A stretch of DNA of 64,000 nucleotides from Eledone cirrhosa (taxonomy: Eukaryota): the NCBI GenBank assembly GCA_964016885.1, contig OZ024742.1:36394001-36458000 (forward strand). Direction: 5' to 3'. A program made the translations under genes and the position numbers. Below the pieces are notes generated by a model. That model saw only the letters and a program-made list of their open reading frames with translations. It was not told the origin of the DNA and did no database searches. Positions within the stretch are counted from its first letter, which is position 1, and each line of letters begins with the position of its first letter. Positions 40,636 through 57,582 of the stretch are shown here, piece after piece.

Positions 40636-41195
40636 ATGGTTGGGTCGTCGGCGACTAAACCGGCAACCCCACCAAATCAAGTTTACTTGGTGGGGAGGGG
40701 GATTTTGGATACCCTGCAGGACAAAAAACAAAACCTTACAAAGGGCGGAAGAACTCATAAGAATCAACGGCCATCCAAAAGTGTGTAAATATGTACATAC
40801 ATATGTACATATGTATGTGCATGTATATGTGTATATACATGGGTGCATGTGTATGTATATGCGCGGGGACATAGAAATAGTCGGGCTGGACACCTTGGGA
40901 GTGAAGGACCCCTAGACTTTGTCAGGGCATTCATCTAAGAGAAGGCAACTCAGGAAACTGGGATAACTCCGACATAAAACCTGCGTCTCAGTAGTTACCG
41001 ATGATGTTGATCTTTTCTTCTTTTCGGGGTATAGCTACTGTCGCTCTGAGAGTGGGATTGGCTCAGTGCACAGTCTTTCCTCACTTTAAAAAATATCTTC
41101 ACGCAGAGGCATTGCACGATAGAATTAATTAATAATTATTAATAATGGTATATCGTGCAATGGCCGTACTCGATAACGAGGGGGAAGCCATCATG
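40636..41195 (+). mobile_element. Diverged relative of the non-autonomous RTE-like element, interrupted by microsatellite
   Basis: gggtcgtcggcgactaaaccggcaacccc; ctaagagaaggcaactc; tail atggccgtactcgataacgag..agccatcat(gtat)n. Confidence 0.75.
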
Positions 41196-41674
41196 TATGT
41201 ATGTATGTATGTATGTATGTATGTATGTATAAATGGGTGTGTGCATGGACGGATATTTATGTATGTGTGTGTGTGTGTGTGTGTTTATTAAAATATGTTA
41301 TATAGACACCTCCCATTACATAATTCTCTATATAGGTGATGTTTCAGCTCAAAAAATGTATTGTCGGCTATTGTGTGTAATATGTATGTATTTATGTGTA
41401 TGTATGTACGTATGTATGTGTGTATGTGTGTGTGTATATGTATGTATGTATGTACGTATGTATGCTTATATCCTGTTTGCAAAAGTCCACATGTACCTAC
41501 AGGTGTGATCACAACTGAAACATATGTGGTTCGTGTAGAGAAACTCTTTTTGAAAGTGGTGTGTGGCGGCTGCTTTATCGTATGACGACGTCTCTATATA
41601 TACATGTATATATTCATATACATACATGTCATCATATAACACCTAAACACACGCACACAAACACATATGCATAC

Positions 41675-41706
<32 letters not shown>

Positions 41707-41730
41707 TTATATATATACATATATATATAC

Positions 41731-41761
<31 letters not shown>

Positions 41762-41774
41762 CATATATATATAC

Positions 41775-41902
<128 letters not shown>

Positions 41903-41910
41903 ATATATAA

Positions 41911-41969
<59 letters not shown>

Positions 41970-42984
41970 TGACGCCGTGGTAGTTTTTACATACCTTGCT
42001 TTTTATATGTATATATTATATATACCTGTGTATATATACATACATATGCATATTCCTCTGCAGGCATATATACATATATATGTGTGTGTGTGTGTTTGTG
42101 TGTGTACATATATATATATACATATTTGTGTGTGAATATATGTATATATATGTGTGAGTGTGTCTGTATATATATATATATTATACATATATGTGTGTGT
42201 GTATGTGTATGTGTGTGTGTATGTGAATATAAACATATAATTATATCCATGCATGTATGTATGTGCGTTTGTTTATATGTTTCTGTGTTGCTGTTGGGTG
42301 TCTATTATATTATTATTTATATATTAAATTAGAAAACAGTGTAGACGCTAAGACTAACATATGCTTTTAGATATCTATGATTCATGCGCAGAATTCTGGA
42401 GTTTTTTTGTTTATCTCCCCAGCACCATCACCAACACCACCACCTGGCAACCAGCTCCTTGTGTAATCACCTGACCTACTCAATCTATCTGCCAAATCTC
42501 TCTCCATTACCGCCAATACACATCCAGCCAAAAATCACGGAAGATAGTTTAGGTTTCGGTGTGGTCTTCTAGTTATAACTGGATAATCCATTGCTCGGTT
42601 TAATCCTAATCCAACTGATTATAAGTTACCTTTGTTTCGCTCATATTCTTTGGTTATGTCTGATTTCACCTGTTTGCCTTTGGTTAATTTCAATGACATC
42701 GATAGTCTTTCATTGACTTGGGTTGCCTTTCCTTGTGTTTGTTTACTTAAGTTGAGAGGTTGCCTTTTATTGCCTTTCGTTGTATTTCAGCAACGTTCCT
42801 TCTGTTGCAAACATTCGAACCATAAATAACCTCTTCCTTTTCCTTGTACAAATCTGGATTAAATAATTCTTGTGTTGGGCATCAAATAGTTTGTTTTAAA
42901 TTTTAGTTCCAAAGCAATATTCTATTGTAAGATTTAAACTTAGCTTTCAGCTATTGAAAATAATAGATTCAAAAATAGACTCAA

Positions 42985-43890
42985 TAACTTAATGTGACAG
43001 CCGAGGTCATGGATGTTATCCAACTTTCTTGCTCGAGATCTACCCTGGGTCTCTTGCCGGTTACTTTTGCCCGTGAAATCTGTCCAGCAATTCTTTGCTT
43101 GGATATTCTAACCACATGTCCGTAGTAACGAAGCTGCGATCTCTCAACTCGGAGAAGTAGCGACTCTGCCTGAAGCGACTCGGTAATCTTTGAGCTGCAC
43201 ACGCTATTGAGTAACGTTACTCCAAATACCATTCAGAGAAACCCTATTTCCGCTGCTTGTGTTCACGATTAATGGACAGTTTCTTGTTGCCCCGATATCT
43301 CTGTATGAATTCCCTAGTATTTGTGTTCGGATAAATGGTGCTAAGTTGAAACCATTCAATGTGGATGTCAGACACCACCAAAGGCGTGTATTATCACCTC
43401 TCCTGTCCATAATCTTCACGGACAAGTTTGACATGCGCAACCAGGTAGGGAGTGGTATCAAGACTAGCGAGTGTAGGATCAGTCGGCTGGAATTTACGGA
43501 TGACATGGTATTACTTAACTCGCTAGAAGCTGATCTCCGACATGCACTTGATAGGTTTGCTGCATTGTGTTATACGGCAGAAATGAAATTCAGTGCTGTG
43601 AAAACTGTGACACTCGTCCTCTCACTCGTCCACTCTACATGTGAGTGGAGTTCCGCTAAAGCAGGTGGAAAAGTTCAAGTTTCTCGGAGAGGTGTTCACG
43701 AGTGATGGAAGGCAGGAAGCTGAATTAAGTTCAAGAATTGCAGGAGCTGGTGCAGTAATTCGCCAACTTCAGCATTCGGTCATCAGAAGTACAGAACTAG
43801 GTGCAAAAGCCAAAATCTATCCAATCTTCAATTTGACATTCGGGTCAACCCTTATTGTCTTGATTCTTGGGTAATAACCAAAAGAATACA
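42985..43890 (-). mobile_element. 5'-inverted RTE-type LINE fragment (3' part on minus 42985-43257, inverted part on plus 43258-43890)
   Basis: Plus part: VLSPLL, LEFTDDMVLL, QVEKFKFLG, WVITKRIQ. Minus part continues QAAEIGFL..VERSQLRYYGHVVR..GKRPR. Confidence 0.8.
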
Positions 43891-43927
43891 AGAAAAATCA
43901 AGAAAGAAAAGAATCACATGAGAATAA

Positions 43928-44290
43928 TAATTGTTTCTATTTTTGGCACAAAGCCAGCAATTACCTCAGTGCATTACTGGTACTTTATTTTATCGAGCCC
44001 GTAAAGATAAAAGGCAAAGTTAACCTCGTCTTGATTTAAACTCAAACTGTAATGGGCCGTTTATCTATGCTGCAAAGTATAGCGTCCGACCCTCTACCTG
44101 TAATAATTGTTTCTAGGTTAGGCACAAGGCCAGCAATTACCCAGTGCATTACTGGTACTTTATTTTATCGACCCCGTAAGGATGAAAGGCAAAGTTAACC
44201 TTGGCGGGATTTGAACTCGGAATGGCAAGGGCCGTAACTCTATATGTCAAAACATGGCGTCCGACCCTCTACCAATACTGCCAATCCACC
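43928..44290 (-). mobile_element. Two tandem SINE family 1 copies (further partial copies at 44630-44745 and 49940-50012)
   Basis: Repeated aattgtttcta..ggcacaa..cagcaattacc..ctggtactttattttatcga. Confidence 0.85.
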
Positions 44291-44514
44291 CTGTAATAAT
44301 AAGAAAATATAATGATGACATATTCGTTTAATGCTTGATAGAGTTGGACAGGAGTGTTAACGATTCGGACGTTAATCTGTCATCGAAAGTTAGAAACCTG
44401 GAGAGGAGAGAGGATGTCTGAGAGGAGAAGAAAATATAGGTGAGAATAAGAAAAGAATGAAAACGAGGAAAAGGCGGTATATAGGAAAGAAAGCCGTGTT
44501 AATGCTGGCCAGCC

Positions 44515-44545
<31 letters not shown>

Positions 44546-44951
44546 AGTGTGTGTGTGAGTGTGTGCGTAAGTGTGTGTGTGTTAATATTCCTATGGAGCA
44601 AAGAAAGCAAGACGTATGTATTTCACTATAATTATTTCTACTTTTGGCACAAGGCCGGCAATTATCCCAGTGCATTACTGGTACATTATTTTATCGACTT
44701 CGGCGGGATTTGAACTCGGAATAGTAAGGGCCGTAACTCTATGCGTTAAATGTATTGCACTATAATAGTAGTAAATCCCATTCTTTTCAACATTGAGAGG
44801 TTATATCCCCAATTTTACCACAACTATTTCTTACTGATAATTCATATGCTCTGGATTCTTTAAAATATCGATCTTCTATGCGTGTTAAATATCTCTCTCT
44901 ATATATATACATGTAAGCAAATTCAATTCAATATAACTTGACTGTTTTCCT

Positions 44952-45019
<68 letters not shown>

Positions 45020-45029
45020 GGTGGTGGTG

Positions 45030-45076
<47 letters not shown>

Positions 45077-45083
45077 GGTGGTG

Positions 45084-45128
<45 letters not shown>

Positions 45129-45130
45129 AT
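44952..45130. repeat. (TAG)n/(TGG)n compound microsatellite
   Basis: Direct reading. Confidence 0.95.
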
Positions 45131-45197
45131 GGTGACTTTGTGTAGACGCAAAACTGACAAAACTATTTGTATGTGTATATATGTGGGTGTATGTGTG

Positions 45198-45238
<41 letters not shown>

Positions 45239-45653
45239 GAGTGTGTATATATATATATATGTGTATGTGTGTATAGATATATATATAGATATAGATATAT
45301 ATATGTGGGTCTATGTGTGCCTATATATGTATGTTTCTCTCTCTATATATATATATATATTATATATATATATTATAATAATATTTAAAATTACATCGCA
45401 GCAACACAATCCGAATTATCAGCGGTATCACCATATACTTATTGGTGTGAGAGAGAGGAAATACTATGAATAACATTAGGTTATGTACATGCTACCCACA
45501 ATAATAGATCTTTTCTTGCTGTATATGAGTTGGTCATAGATTGTTGTAGTTCGCCTGACCGAGATCAGAGATCAGTGAACAGTTGCCATTGTCCAACACG
45601 AGGAAGTCGTCAAACTTGACCCCCACAACAACACAAATCAAAATGAGAAAGAA

Positions 45654-45695
<42 letters not shown>

Positions 45696-45850
45696 ATAAT
45701 AATAAATTTGAAGACTAAAATCCAAAGAGGGCTCGATAAGGATAAATATATATCAAATATATAAGAACCGTAGAGGCAAATATTTATTAAAATAACAGAT
45801 TAAAATAACAGATTAAAGCAGCGATTCTTTGCTTAAACTTTAATCTGTTA

Positions 45851-45966
<116 letters not shown>

Positions 45967-46466
45967 CCTGTATATATATATATATATTTGAGTCTGCGTG
46001 TATGTGCATGTGTGTGTGTGTGTGTATACACGGCTGTCTGTGTGTGTGCGAGAACGTGTGTCTATGCATGTATGTCAGTATATGTGTATGAATGTGCATG
46101 TATGCTTGTGTCTGTATGAATATGGGTACGTCTGTGTGAGAATGTGTGTGTGTATGCATTTGTCTGCGTGTGTCAACAAAGTTTGGTGTCTTAACCTTGG
46201 AATCTGCAGCAAGACATTAAGCAAACCCACAGATGAAGCAACAACGGGAAAGCAGTAAAAGTCATATAGACATATATATACTTAGAACTGAGAAGGTACA
46301 CAATGGTGTTGGGAGAAGGGTTCGATATTGGCTGCCATCTTCTATATTTAAACGCTACTAGTGTTGGGGGTCATCTGATTATAGCTTGTGTCAAGTTAGC
46401 CCGGAAGTAGTTAAGCAAATTTAGGCTGACCTTGAGAAAACATGTTGTCCTAGAGTAACAAAAGAA

Positions 46467-46573
<107 letters not shown>

Positions 46574-46737
46574 TGTGTGTGTGTGTGCCTGTATGTGTGT
46601 ACACATATATGTATATTATGTATTATTATATATGTGTATGTATATATTCGTGTATTCTTGGGAACGTACGCACATATACAGGCTTGTATAGATGGTGCCT
46701 ACGTCTATGTGTATTCAAATTCAGGCAACACACACAC

Positions 46738-46772
<35 letters not shown>

Positions 46773-46813
46773 AACATATATATAATATATATATATATAT
46801 ATAAATATATACG

Positions 46814-46931
<118 letters not shown>

Positions 46932-46941
46932 TCATATATTT

Positions 46942-46975
<34 letters not shown>

Positions 46976-47223
46976 AATATATATGTAATATATAGAAATA
47001 TATATGTGTTGTGTGCGTGTGTGTGTGTGTGTGTGCGTGTGTGAGTGTGCGTGTGTGTGTATTGCAAGCGAACTGGTGTTAGTGGTAGTTATGATGATGA
47101 TTGTGATGATGGTACGAATGGTGTTGAGGGAGTGATGGCAGGGGACAGCGTTTCTAAAACGACATCTACGCCCTTCCTATCAGAGTCAACTCAACACTCA
47201 GAATACACACACACACACACACA

Positions 47224-47263
<40 letters not shown>

Positions 47264-47277
47264 TACACACACACACA

Positions 47278-47309
<32 letters not shown>

Positions 47310-47310
47310 T

Positions 47311-47381
<71 letters not shown>

Positions 47382-47671
47382 TCCATACACACGCACACAC
47401 ACGCAGACACACATACACACACACACACACACACACGGACATACATACACACACACACATACACACACAAACATACATACACACACACACACACGGACAC
47501 ACATACACACACACATACACATACAAACATATATACACACACACATACACACACACACATACATACACAAACATACATACACACACACACACACACACGG
47601 ACACACATACACACACACATGCACACACATACACACACACTCACACACACACACACACACACTCACGCGGA

Positions 47672-47702
<31 letters not shown>

Positions 47703-47824
47703 GGACACACATACACACACATACATATAAATATATATATCTATACATATATATATGTAAGTACTTATCTCTCTATTTACTTAGCCATTAGTTTCATGAT
47801 TTGTAATTGATTTCGGTCAGTAAC

Positions 47825-48305
47825 AACCACCACACCACCACACCACACCACACCACACCACACCACCACACCACCACACCACCACACCACACCACACCAC
47901 ACCACCACACCACCACCACACCACACCACCACCACACCACCACACCACCACACCACCACCACACCACCACCACACCACCACACCACACCACACCACCACC
48001 ACACCACCACACCACCACACCACCACCACACCACCACCACACCACCACACCACACCACACCACCACCACACCACCACACCACCACACCACCACCACACCA
48101 CCACACCACCACCACACCACACCACACCACCACCACACCACCACACCACCACACCACCACCACACCACCACACCACACCACCACCACACCACCACACCAC
48201 CACACCACCACCACACCACCACACCACCACCACACCACCACACCACCACCACACCACCACACCACCACACCACCACCACACCACCACACCACCATCACCA
48301 CCACC
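47825..48305. repeat. (CACCA/CACCACCA)n low-complexity repeat
   Basis: Direct reading; mixed 5- and 8-mers. Confidence 0.9.
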
Positions 48306-48420
48306 TCCACCTTAACAAACAGTTTCACCATTTACACTATCAACTATAAACATGATTGACACATGCAATCAATGCTCAAATAGCTTACATAAACTGATAT
48401 ATACACACACACATTATACA

Positions 48421-48460
<40 letters not shown>

Positions 48461-48967
48461 GCGAGAGAGAGAGGAGGGAGGGGAGGGGAGAAAGATTTAT
48501 ATATATAAATATATATATAAATGAATATATATATAAATATATATAAATATATTTATGTGAGCGTGTATGTATGTATGTGTCTATGAATATACGTGTGTGT
48601 GTGTGTTTATGTGTGTGTGTGTGTGTGTGTGTGTAGAACGGGCGATAGTTGTATTTCTAACAGCATAGATATATAGATTACACCCCAACATATATAAATA
48701 GTGTGACAATCTCTTTCACTTCCTGTTATTTAGCCTCGATCTCACCCTGGCTGTTGGTTCCGTTCACCATGTATCTCAATATCGTTGCAGTAGATAAATA
48801 AATACACACATACACACTAACACAAACACACACTCACATACACATACACATATACACACTAACACACACTCACATACACAAACACACACTCACACTCACA
48901 CTCACACACCCGCCCACACCCGCACACACATATATATATACATATACATATATATATATATACATAT

Positions 48968-49059
<92 letters not shown>

Positions 49060-49061
<2 letters not shown>

Positions 49062-49254
49062 CGAAGGAACTGTGGTAAGGAATCAGGTGGACCATAACGC
49101 ACTAGAGTACTCAATACTTTGGGTAGCAGAGTGGGTAATAGGAAAATATTCAAGAACCCGACGGCAGAGCTCAAGCCGTTTCGACGGCTTGAGCTGGACT
49201 GAAATAGCCGTCGAAACGGCTTGAGCTCTGCTGTCAGGTTCTTGAATATTTTCC

Positions 49255-49255
<1 letters not shown>
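49060..49255 (-). mobile_element. Fold-back element family F, copy 3
   Basis: ataggaaaatattcaagaacc.gac.gcagagctcaagccgtttcgacggct plus its inverse; same tail as the 3205 copy. Confidence 0.82.
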
Positions 49256-49309
<54 letters not shown>

Positions 49310-49564
49310 CAATAGTTAAACCCACTCACAACTAAATATACTTGACTCACACATACATAAACATTCGCATACTCATATAAGAGTCATGAGATATAGATAC
49401 ATAGATATATAAATAAGAAACGTTTAGGAAATGGTAGAAAATAGCTGTGAAATGTTTGGGTTTGGAAAGAAACTGTGGCGAATGTTTGAAGACAATCTTA
49501 TGGTGGCTACCTTGAACTATGGTTACTTAATCAGACAAACATAAACATGCATACGGATATATAT

Positions 49565-49752
49565 ATCAGACCTGTCAATACTCCCAGTCTGACGGGGAGA
49601 TCTCCCACCCACTTTGGGGTAGGTGAGAGATGTCTCTTGTGAAACTGAGTATAGCTTTCATTATGTAAAATCCCCCATTTCACCCCTTATGGGGGTACTT
49701 TTGTTTTCATGGGACTTCCCGTTTGGGGTTTTAGAGGTTGTCAGGTCTGATA
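49565..49752. mobile_element. MITE (~185 bp) with terminal inverted repeats
   Basis: atatcagacctgtcaa ... ttgtcaggtctgatat (one mismatch). Confidence 0.6.
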
Positions 49753-49772
49753 TGTGTATGTGTGTGTGTGTG

Positions 49773-49840
<68 letters not shown>

Positions 49841-50446
49841 TGTTTTGCGCATGTGTGTGTGTGCGCACGTGTGTATTGCAATACATGATATTTTTCCAGA
49901 GAATGAGAGAGAAATGAGAAAGAGATATAGAGAAAGAATCGTCCCAAGTACAGGTACTTTATTTATCGACCTCAAAAGAATGAAAGGCAAAGTTGACCTC
50001 GGCTGAATTTGGAAACAGAATGCAGAGAGACAGATTAAATAAAGAGATATTTTTAATCTGACGTCCTTACAAATCAGCCACTTTGCTGCCTTCAGACCAG
50101 AGGCTAAACAACAACAACAACAACAACGAGAACAACAACAACAACAACAACAACGAGAACAACAACAACAACAAGGACAGCGAGGCAACGACTGAGATAG
50201 GATGTGTGTTCAATTGTGTTTTGTTCGTTGTTTGTTGAAACAGTAAAAATAAGTTCACTAGTTATATATGTGAGAATGTATCTGTGTGTATGTATATATA
50301 TATATGTGTTTGTGTGTGTATATTGTATATATATATGTGTGTATTTATATGTAAATATGTGTGTATGTGTATATATATATATATGTGTGTGTATGTATAT
50401 GTATTGTATATATGTATATGTGTGTATATATATGTAAATATGTGTG

Positions 50447-50485
<39 letters not shown>

Positions 50486-50657
50486 GTGTGTGTGTTGTAT
50501 ATATGTATATGTGTGTATATATATGTAAATATGTGTGTATGTGTATATATATATATGTGTGTGTGTGTGTATTGTATATATGTATATGTGTGTATATATA
50601 TGTAAATATGTGTGTATGTGTATATATATATATATGTGTGTGTGTGTATTGTATGTA

Positions 50658-50690
<33 letters not shown>

Positions 50691-51067
50691 GTAAATATGT
50701 GTGTATGTGTATATATATATGTGTGTGTGTGTATATGTATGTGGATACAAATATGTATGTGTGTATATATGTGTGTGTGTATATATATATGTATGTGGAT
50801 CCAAATATGTATGTGTGTATGTACATAATGTATATGTGTATATGTGTGTTGCTATATGTATGCGTGACTGTGCATATGTCTATGAGTGTATGTATGTGTA
50901 ATTGTCTGTATTATGTATTATTGTGTACGTGTATGTATGTTAATAGATGCATGTGTGTGTATGCCTGTATGCGCAGATGTGTGTTTGTGTGTGTGTGAAT
51001 GTGTGTATGTGAATATGTGTGCGTATATGTGTGTGTGCGTGTATGTGTGCATGTGTGTGTGTATGTA

Positions 51068-51114
<47 letters not shown>

Positions 51115-51384
51115 CCAACAAACCCAATGTTGATTAAATCAATCAAAAATAGCTTCAGAGACATTGAGAAAATTGAGAAGTCAGATTGAATATATAAACA
51201 TATGTACATACACACGCATACACACACACATACACACACACACACATACGCATACACATACACACACACACATACACACACACACACACACATACACACG
51301 CACATACACACACATACACACACACACACACACACATACATACACACACACGACACACACATACACACTCACTCACTCACACAT

Positions 51385-51930
51385 AGTGGAGGCCAATTCG
51401 TGCCGGAGCCCTGCCACTTCTGAGAACAAAAACCTTTAAACCCCGTTTTCTATGTCCCTATGGCTGTGCTATCCCTGGAAAGGGCTGCTCAGTCACTTGA
51501 GGTGTTGATGAGTTGTACTATTGCCTATGTTTGGAGACATAGGCAATAGTACAACTAGGTGGTTTAAAGAAAGTGTGTTTATTTCTAAACTGGCCAGAAA
51601 CCTGTGGCTGGCTGCTCTTCACTTATATGGGAAAATACTTGTAATGAAAATAGAATGAATAATAAGACAAGCAATGGAAGGAATGCATCTTCAATGACAT
51701 CTTTGAAAATTGCGTCTTGAAACGTACATGCACAATTATTACCAAGTTCAGATCACCCTGAACGTTGAACAGCTCTTATCTGTAATGAGTTCCATCAGTA
51801 ACAACTGGATAATGTTACTCTCTCTAAAAAACAGCTACCTGAGGATAGGCAGTTAAAGGAACCAGACTCAGAATACTCCTTATTCTACAAAGGTCGGCCA
51901 GAAAATGAGCCGGAGTTGGTTTTACTCTGA
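51385..51930 (+). pseudogene. Decayed RTE LINE 5' region with APE endonuclease N-terminus
   Basis: Hand translation of ~51700-51930: IAS*NV..HPER*TALICNEF..LDNVTLS..LPEDRQLKEPDSEYSLFYKGRPENE..GVGF, resembling the RTE APE start. Confidence 0.7.
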
Positions 51931-52039
51931 GTCGCCTACGTGTGAGTTTGCTACTACGTACTTCCAGATGTTAGACTTGAAAACATCACAACTCTCTCCA
52001 TCGCGGCAGGTCTTTTGAATGAAACGTGATGTGTTATCC

Positions 52040-52405
52040 GTTCAGTGTCTAGGAAGTTCCTGTGGGTAAATTTGGTTATAATAGGCGTGGCATGCACAGA
52101 ACTAATCCCACTTTTCAAACAAAACCAGCAGGAAAAGCCGATGGCCCAACATACGTTGAGATGACCAGCAACTGATTTATCTTCAGGTTTTCTACTAGAG
52201 TTTCCTATCCTAGTAAATTTTTGGAAGGCAGTTGACTTCTATGAGTTCCTCCACCCTTTGACTGGTTTTGTTTTTCCTCCCGCTGGATATCCAAACAATC
52301 ACCCTCCTCACCAAGATAATTTGGCGGTGTTGTCAGTTTAGTCGCCGAGAACCCGGCCATGTTGTACTGGGTTACATGTTACCAGTAGCGCTCGAGAGCG
52401 ATCTG
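52040..52405 (-). mobile_element. Old copy of the RTE-like 5' UTR-type segment
   Basis: The reverse complement has cccagtacaac..ggcgactaaactg..cttggtgaggaggg and ctaggataggaaactct. Confidence 0.6.
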
Positions 52406-54072
52406 ACTACATACAAAAACGCACACATACGCACAGACATACGTACACTACACACATGCACACATACACAAACATACATACAAACAAACAAACACACACA
52501 CGACTGTTATGTAAACTTTACCTATGTTGTTGTTCTTCTTAAACTGCCACATGAAGGTGAATGGTTAGAGGGTTCTATTCTCTATGGAGCATTGTGCCCT
52601 TGAGCAAGATACTTAATCCACTGTGTTCCAGTTGTCCAAGCATATGGCAAAATTGAGTTGTATCTGTAATTAAAATATCCGTGTCGTACATTATATCAAG
52701 CTGATCTTGGGATCCAAGTTTGTCTACTTTCAGTGGGACCTGGTTACTGAAAATTGATCTCTGATATCGGTCAGGTGAACGACAACAACCTGAGATCAAC
52801 TCATACGCTGATCGCCCCGCAGGTCTACGTTAAGGGTACACGTGTCTGTGGAATGCTCAGCCACTTGTATGAACATTTCACGAAGAAGCTAATCTGGGCA
52901 TCAAACAACTGGAACATCTGCTAGGGCTACCGACGCAGGATCAACACTATGTACCCACACATACACGCACACGCACATGCACACACACACACATACACAC
53001 ATATGTATATATACACACGCCCACATACATTCGCACATACACTCATACACACACTCACATACGCATATACACAGACACATACACTCGCACACACTCACAA
53101 ACACACACACTCTCATACAGATAGACACACACACTCTCACACACAACCATGTACACACACACACACAGCTCCACACATACACACATACACTGATACATAC
53201 ACATACACAGACACAGACACTCATACACACTCACAAACACAAACACACACACTCACACAGATAGAGATACACACTCTCACACACAACCATGTACACACAC
53301 AGCTCCACACATACACCCATACACACACACATACACAGTCACAGACACTCATACACACTCACAAACACAAACTCACACACTCACACAGATAGACACACAC
53401 ACACACTCTCACACACAACCATGTACACACATACATCCACACACGTCCACATATATACACGCATACACTCATATACACACCCACACACACATACCCAGAC
53501 ACATACTCACACACACTCACAAACATAAACAAGCATACACACACACACACACACACACAACCATGTACACACACACACATATATATATATACACACACAA
53601 CCATGTACACACACACATATATATATATATACACACTCCCACATACATACACCGACGCACACACATACACAGACACAGACACTTACACACACTCACAAAC
53701 ACAAACAAGCATACTCACTCACACAGATAGACACACACACTCTCACACACAACCATGTACACGCACGCACACACACACACACAACCATGTACACACAACG
53801 ATGTACACACACATACATACACCCACGTACATACACACATACACACACCCACGTACATACACACATACACTTATATACCCACACACATACACAGACACTT
53901 ACACACACTCACAAACACAAACAAATATACGCACTCCCACAGATACACACTCCCACACACAACCACGTACACACAACATGTCCAAACATTGACCAGGGGC
54001 AATGTACGTTATGATACTGAGTATTCATTGGTGAAACCAATGTTTAACCAAAGTCAATGGTTAAATCAATTC

Positions 54073-55366
<1,294 letters not shown>

Positions 55367-55384
55367 GCATGAAAAATTGGAAAA

Positions 55385-55560
55385 CATTGTAGAGGGTCGG
55401 ATGCCATGTTTTGTAGTACAGAGTTACGGCCTTTTATGGTCTGAGTTCAAATCCCGCCGAGGTTAACTTTGCCTTTCATCCTTACGGGGTCGATAAAATA
55501 AAGTACCAGTAATGCACTGGGATAATTGCTGGCCTTGTGCCAAAAGTAGAAACAATTATT
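55385..55560 (+). mobile_element. tRNA-derived SINE family 1
   Basis: gagttcaaatcccgccgaggttaactttgcctttcatccttacggggtcgataaa. Confidence 0.85.
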
Positions 55561-56254
55561 TTTTTTAATATATCAAATCAAAATTACATTATCAAATCTT
55601 ATTCTTATTTGTTTCTTATAAATAATTTTTTTCAAAACATCAATTCAAAACTTGATCATTTCATTTTTGTGTAAAGCGTTATTTCATTTGGGCTTCCAAA
55701 ATTTTCACTATAGGGGGTTTAACCCTCATTAGGGTGTCTTAATATTATTGAAATTTGCTGAAATTCTGTGAATAGGCATCATATCTTGTCATTTACCTAT
55801 GGTTTAAATTTCATATTAATCGAAGGGAAGACATTTTCAGCGGGGGTTTGTGCCCCGGGGAACCCTTTGATTAAAATGAAATATACTTATCCAAGTACCC
55901 TAGCAATGTAGAATATATTTCAGAATATATATGGTTATGGGGGTCTATTTCCAAAACCATAGGAGGAGTTCGTCAACAAACAGACAGGAACTACAACTTT
56001 ATATATATAGATAGATATATAGTAATAATAATAAATTTGAAGACTAAAATCCAAAGAGGGCTCGATAAGGATAAATATATATCAAATATATAAGAACTGG
56101 AGAACAAATATTTATTAAAATAACAGATTAAATTTTAAGCAAAGAATCGCTGCTTTCACCCTTAACGGGATTTTCTGAAACTAAAAAAATTAATCTGTGA
56201 ATGCAGAAGTAAAAAAGTTGCAACCGAAGGAAGACAGGAAGACGATACTTTGGT

Positions 56255-56758
56255 GCGTGGAGACGTTCCTGGCAAAGAACGGAAATAATACGTCATTATT
56301 TGGAGCTTTGAGAACAATTACACGCAAAGTTATACCATAAATGTGGTTTTGTCTTTGCGTGTAATTGTTCTCATTGCTCCTTAAATACCATTCTTTCATC
56401 TGATACAAGACACTATCATACATACTGTATATTGGCATGGTCAACATTGAGACTGTATTACTATGTGAGTATTATTAATATAATTATCTATACTGTATAT
56501 GAGATATTTGAAGTACATTAGTTTGTTTGGATATGTTTATTAAAATAAAGGAATAAAGGAAAGAAAAAAAATGACGTATTATCTTCGTTTTTTCCGTTCA
56601 TTGCCAGAGAACGTCTCCACGAACCACCTAATAGAATATTAGTCTACGACTTCATTTATACCATAAACGTGGTTTTGTCTTTGCGTGTAATTGTTCTCAC
56701 CGCTCCAAATAATGACTTATCATTTCCGTTCTTTGCCAGGAACGTCTCCACAAACCAA
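56255..56758. repeat. Composite inverted/direct repeat relic
   Basis: 56258-56329 is the inverse of 56679-56749; tataccataaa.gtggttttgtctttgcgtgtaattgttctca occurs at 56331 and 56657. Confidence 0.75.
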
Positions 56759-56769
56759 AGTATCAGCCA

Positions 56770-57458
56770 AAAGACTGTACAATGCAATCCGTAGAAAATA
56801 TAGCCCCGATGATAAACACATTAAAAGCTACAGCAATGTGGAAGACATATATATATATACATCATACTGGTGGAATGTTCCAGTAAAAACCGCAATAAAA
56901 TGCAGGCATAGCAGACCAGACATAATGATATGGGACAGGGAAAAGAAGGCATGCACAGTAGTGGAAGTTAGCTGCCCAGCAGATGCCAATATAATATCAA
57001 AGATTAGAGGAAAGGAGAATATTTATGCAGAACTAATGAGAGATCTGCAAATACTCCACCCTGATTATACCTTCAGGTTTATGCCTGTGATTATTGGGGC
57101 ACAGGGGTATGTTAGTAACTGCCTCAATAAAAATCTAGAGAAGCTAGGATTCACAGGAACAGAAAGAACACAACTAGTTAGGAAATTACAAGCACAATTC
57201 ATTAATGGAACAGTAAAAAATATGTAAAACATTCCAAAAATGTTGCATCTAATAACTGCATGTACACTAGTACAGATACAAAGCATATACACATGCACAC
57301 ATACAGTAGCATCCATATCTACACATGCATGCATGCAGACATGCAGACATATTTTCCTAGTTGATGTTGTGTAAATTCCAATGAGAGAGTCTTGTAAGTA
57401 TGTTAGAAACCGACTCTCTCTCTATTGCCAACAATTTGTGAAATTATAAAACCAGAAC
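56770..57458 (+). pseudogene. 3' fragment of an RLE-type (R4-like) retrotransposon ending in (CATA)n
   Basis: YWWNVPVKTA..HSRPDIMIWD..VVEVSCPAD..KENIY..PVIIGA; related to the C-terminus at 21600-22021. Confidence 0.85.
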
Positions 57459-57582
57459 ATACATACATACATACATACATACATACATACATACATACAT
57501 ACATACATACATACATACATACATACACACATACATACATACATACATACATACATACATACATACATACATACATACATAC

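Noticed and set aside
45520-45640. Possible exon
   Set aside because: Its reverse complement resembles 52760-52810, so it is a dispersed repeat fragment.
55700-56012. Helentron/Helitron-like non-autonomous element
   Set aside because: Only the acagacag..tttatatatatagat ending is suggestive; no subterminal repeats or second copy seen.
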